Virus record (IMG/VR): IMGVR_UViG_2778261447_000008 | Location: 1 to 13,187 of that record | DNA from: a virus | Taxonomy: Duplodnaviria > Heunggongvirae > Uroviricota > Caudoviricetes | Direction: 5' to 3' (one strand) | Length of the DNA stretch: 13,187 nt | In this document: positions 7,494-13,187 of the stretch, in pieces | Position numbering within the stretch: position 1 is the first letter of the stretch | Layout of the letters: the number at the start of each line of letters is the position of its first letter | Notes under the pieces: generated by a model | The model's input: only the letters and a program-made list of their open reading frames with translations | The model's database searches: none | Told to the model about the DNA's origin: nothing | Position numbers and translations under genes: made by a program

Positions 7494-7816
7494 ACTTTCA
7501 GGTCCCTCTCATGTAACCAGTGGGTTGCACGCAGCCTTGCGTTTTCCTCACCGGCAAGCAGTGCGCGGATAATCCCGACCGCCTCGCTGTCGTCGTCCTT
7601 CACCGCGGTATGAAGCGTTATCCCCCGGGCCACGCCACGCTTTATCGTGATGACGCCTTTTTTCTCCAGTGCGCGAAGATGCTCCACCGCTGCATTCACT
7701 GAACGGTATCCCAGCATGGTTGCCACCTCCTGATTGGTTGGCGGGAAGCCACGTTCTTTCTGATAAGAAATCAGCATATCCAGCACCTGCTGCTGGCATT
7801 GAGTTAACGTCGTCAT
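7490..7816 (-). CDS. LexA N-terminal DNA-binding-domain protein (no peptidase domain)
   Basis: 108 aa. Residues 1-70 align with the LexA winged-helix domain (QQQVLDMLISYQKERGFPPTNQEVATMLGYRSVNAAVEHLRALEKKGVI vs LexA [50 protein letters not shown]). No S24 Ser/Lys domain. ATGA overlap with rusA. Confidence 0.75.
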   Translation of the reverse strand: MTTLTQCQQQVLDMLISYQKERGFPPTNQEVATMLGYRSVNAAVEHLRALEKKGVITIKRGVARGITLHTAVKDDDSEAVGIIRALLAGEENARLRATHWLHERDLKV

Positions 7817-8466
7817 GCCGCCATCTCCCTGACCAGTTTTTCCGCCTGCTGGCGAACCTGCGCCAGAAACGCCTCACCACATGCCTCAAGTTCATCGCGC
7901 CCGATGTAGCTGATTGCCGGTCCCTTCCAGGTCTTATCGAAAACAGCAATAGCACCAGCGAAGAAAGCGCCTGTCGGCACCTGCTTCTCATCCTTCGGGA
8001 TAAACCAGGCAGGCAGTTCAAAACCAATACGCCCGCGAATAAAAGCAATATGATCTGCATCTTCCGGCCACCACACTTCGCTGGTGGCAGCTTTGATCAG
8101 GAAAACATAGCGCCCGCCCTTATCACGCATGGCACTGGCATGCTTCATGATGTAACGCATGCCAGTGATGTATTGCCCCTCATGCTGACTGGCGCGGCTG
8201 TATGGGGGATTACCAAAGGCAGCACCTTTAAGCTCCACAAGACGTTCTGACCAGTCATGCGCCAGCGCGTTGTCTTCCGCCGTGTAATACGCAGCACATT
8301 TGGCGTTATCACCATCAGTGAACAGATCCAGAACAAACGGGCCAAACAGGGTGTTAATTCCCCAGAAAATGTTATCCGGCGTGCGCCACTGATCGCCCAC
8401 TTCCTTCAGTTCATGGGCTGGTTTGTTCCGCAGTTCCGCCAGCGCCTGGCAATATTTATTACTCAT
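7813..8466 (-). CDS. phage DNA N6-adenine methyltransferase (Dam-like)
   Basis: NPPY catalytic motif (AAFGNPPYSRA). Start chosen at Met12 (ATG 8466..8464) because it overlaps the upstream stop as TAATG; the track ORF extends to 8499. Confidence 0.75.
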   Translation of the reverse strand: MSNKYCQALAELRNKPAHELKEVGDQWRTPDNIFWGINTLFGPFVLDLFTDGDNAKCAAYYTAEDNALAHDWSERLVELKGAAFGNPPYSRASQHEGQYITGMRYIMKHASAMRDKGGRYVFLIKAATSEVWWPEDADHIAFIRGRIGFELPAWFIPKDEKQVPTGAFFAGAIAVFDKTWKGPAISYIGRDELEACGEAFLAQVRQQAEKLVREMAA

Positions 8467-8960
8467 TAAGCCCCCACGTAATTCCCTGACAGATACCACT
8501 CTTCACCCGATGCCGCGCGCTTGCTGCTTTTCCGTAAGCACCGCTCACGACGCTCCAGAAAATTGTTTCGTTCTGGCTGGGAGTGGCTTTCACGGAATGC
8601 CGCCATCCACACCGTTGCAGCACGACGGTATAAGCCCCTGGACTCCAGTTCTTCCGCCTGGCGGGTCAGGCACAAAATCACCCGCGGGTCGTTAGTGCCG
8701 ACATAGAAATTGCGCACAGGTCTGGTTTCACGAACTGGTTGTGGTTCCGGATCCTGCGCTCTCTCAGTCAGGCGCGGGAAATGTCTGCGTGTATCTCCTT
8801 CACAACGGTGAGCCACACGCCCACTCTGACGTAACTTGCTTGCTGACTGCAGAACGTTCTGCCGTGAGTAACCTGCAAAAGCATCCGCAATGTCTCCGGA
8901 AGTACACCCCGGATGGGCTTCAATGAATTTCTGAACTTCATTCAAAAGACTCATAATCAC
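8466..8960 (-). CDS. hypothetical regulator with PerC-like motif
   Basis: 164 aa. The segment AEELESRGLYRRAATVWMAAF resembles the conserved PerC/Pch activator core (LE..GLWRRAA..W) as I recall it. Start overlaps the stop of the O-like gene. Confidence 0.45.
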   Translation of the reverse strand: MIMSLLNEVQKFIEAHPGCTSGDIADAFAGYSRQNVLQSASKLRQSGRVAHRCEGDTRRHFPRLTERAQDPEPQPVRETRPVRNFYVGTNDPRVILCLTRQAEELESRGLYRRAATVWMAAFRESHSQPERNNFLERRERCLRKSSKRAASGEEWYLSGNYVGA

Positions 8961-9898
8961 CCCCTGAATCCTGCAGGGATCTGGCTGTAGTCCACGTTGT
9001 CGTAACTGGCTTTGAAGTACGGGTCTTCGCGTTTTTCTGTGTACGTGCTGACGGACGGCGATAAGCGCAGGGAAAGCTCATCCCATTTTTCCCGCAACTT
9101 CGACGGGCTGAGCACGTTACGGCACCAGAACGGATCGCGGCTGACGCGGCTGTACATCTCGCAGATTTGTTTGTGAGTACGACCATCCTGCACACACATC
9201 AGGCGAATTTCGTTTGCCCAGGCTGTCCAGTTAGGTTCTTTGGGACGAACCACCTCGCCGTCACATTCGGCGGCCTGCTCGTACAGGGCGATGATTTTTT
9301 TCCAGAGCCACTGTGCGCAGGTCAAATCATCCTGCGTTCCCCACTGGCGATTTTTAGGGCTGAATACAACCGCATCAGGATAGCGAGTTAAAAAATCCTG
9401 TTCAGCCTTCTGCGTGTCCGGTTGCGAAGCGTCCGGACAAGAAGGTTTTTTATCTGACGGATCATGTTTTGATTTTACTGACGGATCCCCGCCAGATTCT
9501 GACGGGTGAAAACCCGCTTTTTTGCCAGATTTCGACGCATCAAATTTTGACGGGTCAGATTTTGATGCGTCAGATTTTGACGGGTCAGAATCTGACAGTT
9601 GAGAAAATGCCGCTGCCTGAAGCTTCGCAACGTTAAGCTGATAAACATTCGACGCATTGCGGTTACCCTGGCGACGCGCCTTACGCGTTAACCAGCCTTC
9701 TGCTTCCAGCCGTGCGATAGCCGTTCTGACGGTACTCATCCCCGCGCCAATCTGGCGGGCAATGGTTTCAATTGATGGCCAGCACACACCTTCGTCATTA
9801 CTGAAATCAGCCAGGCGGGCCATAATTGCCACGCTGGATAACTTCATGCCTGACGCAGCGCAACCATCCCATACATAGCCGGTTAATTTAGTGCTCAT
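8957..9898 (-). CDS. replication initiation protein (O-like) with N-terminal helix-turn-helix and an iteron-encoded linker
   Basis: 313 aa. The N-terminus (SIETIARQIGAGMSTVRTAIARLEAEGWLTRK) is a winged-helix typical of phage replication initiators. A low-complexity SDPSKSDASKSD linker is encoded by tandem DNA iterons, as in lambda O. Confidence 0.7.
   Translation of the reverse strand: MSTKLTGYVWDGCAASGMKLSSVAIMARLADFSNDEGVCWPSIETIARQIGAGMSTVRTAIARLEAEGWLTRKARRQGNRNASNVYQLNVAKLQAAAFSQLSDSDPSKSDASKSDPSKFDASKSGKKAGFHPSESGGDPSVKSKHDPSDKKPSCPDASQPDTQKAEQDFLTRYPDAVVFSPKNRQWGTQDDLTCAQWLWKKIIALYEQAAECDGEVVRPKEPNWTAWANEIRLMCVQDGRTHKQICEMYSRVSRDPFWCRNVLSPSKLREKWDELSLRLSPSVSTYTEKREDPYFKASYDNVDYSQIPAGFRG
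9493..9600. repeat. replication-origin iterons (tandem ~15-bp repeats, consensus CAGATTTTGACGGGT) inside the O-like gene
   Basis: Seven head-to-tail copies read directly: cagattctgacgggt, cagatttcgacgcat, caaattttgacgggt, cagattttgatgcgt, cagattttgacgggt, cagaatctgacagtt, plus tgacgga-type degenerate copies at 9448-9484. Confidence 0.65.
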
Positions 9899-9907
9899 GA
9901 CCGACCT

Positions 9908-10246
9908 CTATTTCTCTGAATTTACGACGAAACTGTTCGAGCGGGCTGAAGCACTCATGCTCATAGCCTTCGCGGAGGTAGATAACCCGTTGTGTTTCCG
10001 GCTCCCAACGAATGACTCTGACGGGTACTCCGTAGTGATCTTTGAACCAGCGGTTAACTTGTCGCAAAGGACTGTCTCCTTCTGCCGGTTGAAATCACCC
10101 ACAGCCCACTCTGCAAAGCTGTGGGTTACAATTTCCCTGTCACCTGGTACATTCACTGCATAGCAATATTCCACCTTCGCTTTTCCACCCGGTACAGGAA
10201 GCGCAATCAGTTGCGAGCGACGGTAGTGTGTTGTTAAACTGTTCAT
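9908..10246 (-). CDS. hypothetical protein, translationally coupled between the CII-like and O-like genes
   Basis: 112 aa. Its ATG overlaps the upstream stop as ATGA (10246..10243) and its stop lies 10 nt before the O-like start. No family recognised. Confidence 0.5.
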   Translation of the reverse strand: MNSLTTHYRRSQLIALPVPGGKAKVEYCYAVNVPGDREIVTHSFAEWAVGDFNRQKETVLCDKLTAGSKITTEYPSESFVGSRKHNGLSTSAKAMSMSASARSNSFVVNSEK

Positions 10247-10812
10247 GCGTTAGTTTCTCCACAACCAGAAGCAATCGACGCCACGACGCCCGGAGCTGCA
10301 CACTCGCGGGCGTCATTACTTTCTGAAATGCAAAAAATTTTGTAGACCAGTGCTGCATGCTCCTGCAGCTTCGAAATTGAGAGATACAGCTCGTCGTTAA
10401 TTGCTGTCTTCTCATGCGGTTCCACTACACCGTCTTCGATTGCTGAACGAATCTGTTTTGAATAACTGCCGATCTGTTCAATGACTTCCAGCAGACGCTG
10501 GTTAATATCGGCGTTGTCCACATCCTCGACGTCAGGAAGAGACACAAAGACGCCATTTGTAGACTGCGCCACAGCATCAGCAATGAAGTGAGTGCCACCA
10601 GCACGCTGTAAAACCATTGCCCATCCCAGCGGGAAAATCTGATCGCCATCTGCACGAAGGCGGTTGAATAAAGCGTTTTCTGTTACATCGAGCCAGTCAG
10701 CCGCTTCAGCGTAACCACCCGGCAACGCCGCGATAGTTTTTCTGACAGCTTTCACGTACCACTCAGGCTGTTTTTCTATTTTCCAGTGATGCTTACCCAC
10801 GATTAGCCTCAT
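10243..10812 (-). CDS. putative CII-type regulatory protein (family assignment tentative)
   Basis: 189 aa, second gene after cro, in the position of lambda cII. Weak resemblance to CP76-type phage regulatory protein CII (L.N.L motif region). Not lambda CII itself. Confidence 0.45.
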   Translation of the reverse strand: MRLIVGKHHWKIEKQPEWYVKAVRKTIAALPGGYAEAADWLDVTENALFNRLRADGDQIFPLGWAMVLQRAGGTHFIADAVAQSTNGVFVSLPDVEDVDNADINQRLLEVIEQIGSYSKQIRSAIEDGVVEPHEKTAINDELYLSISKLQEHAALVYKIFCISESNDARECAAPGVVASIASGCGETNA

Positions 10813-10843
10813 CGTTCTGTGGTTAAAAATTGAAAGTGTTCTG

Positions 10844-11044
10844 CTAATCTTTCGGATAGATATCCGGTCTTAAGTCAGATTTCGTAATTGCACCTGACGT
10901 GCATTGCTCAAGTTTTTTAGCCAGCACAAAACTGGCTTTTTTATAGCCATTGAAAACCAGCCGTAAGTAGCCAGGTGTTGAGCCAACTTTTCCGGCCAAC
11001 TCGCCCTGCTGTTCTTTGGTTAAAGAGTCCCAATACGCTTTCAT
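10844..11044 (-). CDS. cro: Cro/YdaS-like helix-turn-helix regulator
   Basis: 66 aa from the ATG at 11044..11042 (MKAYWDSLTKEQQGELAGKVGSTPGYLRLVFNGYKKASFVLAKKLEQ), divergent from cI. The track ORF extends upstream into the operator region, which is implausible. An alternative start is at 11068. Confidence 0.65.
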   Translation of the reverse strand: MKAYWDSLTKEQQGELAGKVGSTPGYLRLVFNGYKKASFVLAKKLEQCTSGAITKSDLRPDIYPKD

Positions 11045-11047
11045 ACG

Positions 11048-11119
11048 ATATGTACCTACGGTGTACATATTACATGATTGAAATGAACCTTCAAGATACT
11101 TGTACCTTAACGGTACAAG
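11048..11119. promoter_or_regulatory. oR-like operator/promoter region between cro and cI
   Basis: Two palindromes: ATATGTAC-N7-GTACATAT (11048-11070) and CTTGTACC-N5-GGTACAAG (11099-11119). Candidate cro promoter on the minus strand: -35 TTGAAG (11094..11089), 16-nt spacer, -10 TAATAT (11072..11067). Confidence 0.55.
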
Positions 11120-11134
11120 GGTTTTAATTTCGTT

Positions 11135-11809
11135 ATGAAAACAATCCATGACATCCGGCGGTCTAACGCCAGAAAACTGAGAGATGGTGTTGGCGGGAAT
11201 TCTTCCTTTGCCACTATGATTGATCGCGAGCCAACCCAGACCAGCAGGTTTATGGGAGATGGTGCTACTAAAAATATCGGTGACAGCATGGCACGACACA
11301 TCGAAAAATGTTTCGACCTGCCTGTCGGATGGCTCGATCAAGAACACCAGACAACGAACATCACAAAAAAACCTGATGTTTCAATCACTAATAAACAAAT
11401 CACATTAGTCCCTGTCATATCATGGGTACAGGCCGGAGCATGGAAAGAAGTTGGATATTCTGAGGTTGATTTGAGCACAGCAGAAACGTATCCCTGCCCT
11501 GTACCCTGTGGGGAAATGACTTATATCTTGCGGGTGATAGGTGATTCAATGATTGATGAGTACCGCCCGGGAGACATGATTTTTGTCGATCCTGAAGTAC
11601 CTGCCTGCCACGGTGACGACGTTATTGCATTGATGCACGATACAGGTGAAACCACCTTCAAAAGGTTGATAGAAGATGGGACACAGCGTTATCTCAAAGC
11701 GTTAAACCCAAACTGGCCTGAGCCTTACATTAAGATCAACGGTAATTGCTCTATAATTGGAACTGTGATTTTCTCAGGAAAACCAAGAAGATACAAAATC
11801 AAAGCCTAA
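11135..11809 (+). CDS. cI: CI-type prophage repressor (helix-turn-helix plus S24 LexA-like peptidase domain)
   Basis: The C-terminal domain closely parallels lambda cI (PVISWVQAG..., GDSM serine motif, TFKRL lysine, ALNPNWPEP vs lambda LNPQYPMIP). The N-terminal DNA-binding domain is divergent, implying a different immunity specificity. Confidence 0.85.
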   Translation: MKTIHDIRRSNARKLRDGVGGNSSFATMIDREPTQTSRFMGDGATKNIGDSMARHIEKCFDLPVGWLDQEHQTTNITKKPDVSITNKQITLVPVISWVQAGAWKEVGYSEVDLSTAETYPCPVPCGEMTYILRVIGDSMIDEYRPGDMIFVDPEVPACHGDDVIALMHDTGETTFKRLIEDGTQRYLKALNPNWPEPYIKINGNCSIIGTVIFSGKPRRYKIKA

Positions 11810-11821
11810 TCAATGTTTATG

Positions 11822-11846
11822 AACCTGCTTCGGCAGGTTTTTTTAT
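11822..11846 (+). terminator. intrinsic terminator downstream of cI
   Basis: Hairpin aacctgc-ttcg-gcaggtt (11822-11839) followed by a run of T (11838-11845), 13 nt after the cI stop. Confidence 0.6.
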
Positions 11847-11848
11847 AC

Positions 11849-11876
11849 TTGACAATGTACCTTTGAGATACATAAT
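11849..11876 (+). promoter_or_regulatory. pL-like strong sigma-70 promoter with overlapping operator
   Basis: Consensus -35 TTGACA (11849-11854), 16-nt spacer, -10 CATAAT (11871-11876). The spacer holds ATGTACCTTTGAGATACAT, which matches the oR palindrome at 14 of 19 positions. Confidence 0.55.
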
Positions 11877-11986
11877 GTACCCAAGAGAAACAACAAACAG
11901 GCAGGACGCCCACGAAGTAGCCGCCTGGGGCATATGAAGTCCAGGATGATTCGTTAGCAACAAAAAAGCGCCCTACAGGACGCTTA

Positions 11987-11998
11987 GCTCTTTAACAA
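11987..11998 (+). promoter_or_regulatory. boxA-like antitermination element (rrn-type)
   Basis: GCTCTTTAACAA matches the rrn boxA core (TGCTCTTTAACAA) at 12 of 12 positions. It sits in the leader about 110 nt downstream of the pL-like promoter, preceded by a small stem-loop (aagcg...cgctt, 11966-11985). Confidence 0.4.
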
Positions 11999-12043
11999 TC
12001 TGGTCCCCATCAACAAGTAACTGATAACTTGAGGAGGTGTGAA

Positions 12044-12250
12044 ATGCACAAAACAGAACCAAAAATCGTCGCGCCCGGATACACAAATGAGGAAATTTAC
12101 GAGTGGATGGCAAAGAAGCTGGCAGCTATAAACCAGCTTCGTGAAGTGCTGTCTTATCGACAGGTAACAATAGACTCCTTAAAAAAACTGGATCAGGAAA
12201 TCACGGTTTTATCACAGGATGTTACTTTAGATATTGTGCAGACAAATTAG
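12044..12250 (+). CDS. small hypothetical protein, first ORF downstream of the pL-like promoter
   Basis: 68 aa from the ATG at 12044, with a strong Shine-Dalgarno GAGGAGG (12031-12037) 6 nt upstream. Not arginine-rich, so not an N-like antiterminator. The track ORF starts 15 nt earlier at a TTG. Confidence 0.55.
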   Translation: MHKTEPKIVAPGYTNEEIYEWMAKKLAAINQLREVLSYRQVTIDSLKKLDQEITVLSQDVTLDIVQTN

Positions 12251-12656
12251 GATCCCATTCATTTTCGTCAAAATCATCAAAGTGATGAATTTGTGATCTC
12301 CAGTCTCGATAATCTAAAAATTTCTGGGCGGTTACGCTTATTTTATCAAGCGTGAGTTCATCCTGAATTGAAAGAAGAAGTTCATCAAATTTCATCTCAT
12401 TAATCTGTTTTGGCATCCAGTGATGCTTCATCAGAATAAGGTGAACCAGAGCTTTTTTCCCATTCAACTGATTATAGGGAGTACCGAATTTCTTCCGGTG
12501 CTCATGTAAGACAAGGTCCAGAAGAGTAAGTAATGTTGCCCTTGATTCAACTTTGCTTATTTCGACTGATGACACTACCCCACTGATTTCAATGCCCCGA
12601 TACTTTCCAACATTTTCACAGTGGGATTTGTACAGCGTATAGATATTACCGGACAT
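12222..12656 (-). CDS. hypothetical protein; AT-rich cargo gene in the immunity region
   Basis: 144-codon ORF with an ATG start, AT-rich. Convergent with the pL-proximal gene, with 29 bp of 3' overlap. No family recognised. Confidence 0.5.
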   Translation of the reverse strand: MSGNIYTLYKSHCENVGKYRGIEISGVVSSVEISKVESRATLLTLLDLVLHEHRKKFGTPYNQLNGKKALVHLILMKHHWMPKQINEMKFDELLLSIQDELTLDKISVTAQKFLDYRDWRSQIHHFDDFDENEWDPNLSAQYLK

Positions 12657-12672
12657 TTCTTTTCCTTTTGCG

Positions 12673-12723
12673 TTGTTGGGGATAACCAGATTAACCGAAT
12701 CCTTGTTGTTGGGGAATAACCAG
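12673..12723. repeat. pair of 17-18-bp direct repeats upstream of the 12222..12656 gene
   Basis: TTGTTGGGGATAACCAG (12673-12689) and TTGTTGGGGAATAACCAG (12706-12723), differing by one inserted A and 33 bp apart start to start. They lie 17-70 bp upstream of the ATG at 12656. Confidence 0.5.
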
Positions 12724-12940
12724 GTCCACCTCGCCTGATGTGGCTAAAAGCAGGCACATAACAGCTAAGTATTTTCAACCAGAGAGAATCCTTAGCGTTG
12801 TGGTGAATGCGGCTCAGCGCACGCGGGTTAAGGTTGAGGCTGACAGTCGACCTTCTGTGGATACCCACCCGTCTGGTGTGCAACCTTCGCCAGGCACCGG
12901 GAGGCACCCGGCACCACAACTTTATGCTGTGTGTAGTCTT

Positions 12941-12987
12941 GACGGTACCAGTTTGTACCCTTGCTTCCGGCTGGTACCGTCCTTTTT
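12941..12987 (+). terminator. strong hairpin with T-tract (candidate intrinsic terminator or structured RNA 3' end), plus-strand sense
   Basis: Perfect 11-bp inverted repeat GACGGTACCAG (12941-12951) / CTGGTACCGTC (12971-12981) with a 19-nt loop, followed by CTTTTT (12982-12987). Confidence 0.4.
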
Positions 12988-13187
12988 ACAAAACAGAGAA
13001 GAGCATCACCGGACGACGGGCTCATAACCCAATCCATCCAGGCGGCAGTCATCGCAGGTGTTCTTCTCTGTTTTGTGGAGAAACTAACCGACCTTGCAGG
13101 GTCGATATGCTGAAGTGGTCAACAAAAACTGGCCACCGAGTTAGAGTTTTTTCCAGTATCGATTTTCCGATTCGTTTGGTGGTAACC

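Noticed and set aside
7548-8250. Long alternative-frame ORFs (170 aa minus, 193 aa plus) over the methyltransferase and LexA-domain genes
   Set aside because: Their translations are arginine-, proline- and serine-rich low-complexity sequence typical of off-frame reading of GC-rich coding DNA. The in-frame genes have clear family motifs (NPPY, LexA winged helix).
9440-9600. Tandem direct repeats as a possible CRISPR array
   Set aside because: The repeats are about 15 bp, directly adjacent with no unique spacers, and lie inside a replication gene. These are origin iterons, not CRISPR.
9475-9657. 60-aa minus-strand ORF with repetitive sequence (LTRQNLTHQNLTRQNL)
   Set aside because: It is produced by the tandem iterons read in an alternative frame, inside the O-like gene.
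9891-10163. Plus-strand 90-aa ORF overlapping the start of the O-like gene and the 112-aa minus-strand gene
   Set aside because: The minus-strand frame is translationally coupled to both neighbours (ATGA overlap), while this ORF has no Shine-Dalgarno and runs against the operon. Most likely an antisense shadow ORF.
10844-11347. Track ORF giving a 167-aa cro product
   Set aside because: The N-terminal 100 residues would run through the operator palindromes and overlap the cI start on the opposite strand. Only the C-terminal ~66 aa has helix-turn-helix character, so the start is placed at 11044.
12575-13052. Three overlapping ORFs (114 aa minus, 95 aa plus, 74 aa minus) in the right-end region
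   Set aside because: They overlap one another, have arginine- and proline-rich composition and no ribosome-binding sites. The region is better explained as structured non-coding DNA, though a real gene cannot be fully excluded.

Overview
This window is about 13 kb of a lambdoid (lambda-like) prophage or phage genome, oriented inverted relative to the canonical lambda map. On the minus strand, right to left, lie a cro-like gene, a CII-like gene, a small coupled ORF, an O-like replication initiator with an intragenic iteron origin, a nin-like block (PerC-like regulator, N6-adenine methyltransferase, LexA DNA-binding-domain protein, RusA resolvase, KilA-N protein, DUF968/HNH-like protein), the Q antiterminator, and the lysis cassette (holin, lambda R-type endolysin, Rz/Rz1 spanins). 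A cI-type repressor is on the plus strand, divergent from cro across an operator region with repeated TGTAC-N9-GTACA palindromes; it is followed by a terminator, a strong pL-like promoter and an rrn-type boxA. The main candidate for something undescribed is a strongly AT-rich three-gene plus-strand cassette (2531-4924) sitting antisense between Q and the lysis genes. Its first protein pairs a Cys4 zinc ribbon with an NdpA/YejK (NA37)-like region, and its last is a small two-helix membrane protein with no canonical start. Two further AT-rich single-gene cargo loci lie at 267-893 and 12222-12656, and the right end (12660-13187) is a non-coding stretch with unusually strong inverted repeats. All family assignments rest on reading motifs in the supplied translations; no database search or computation was run.
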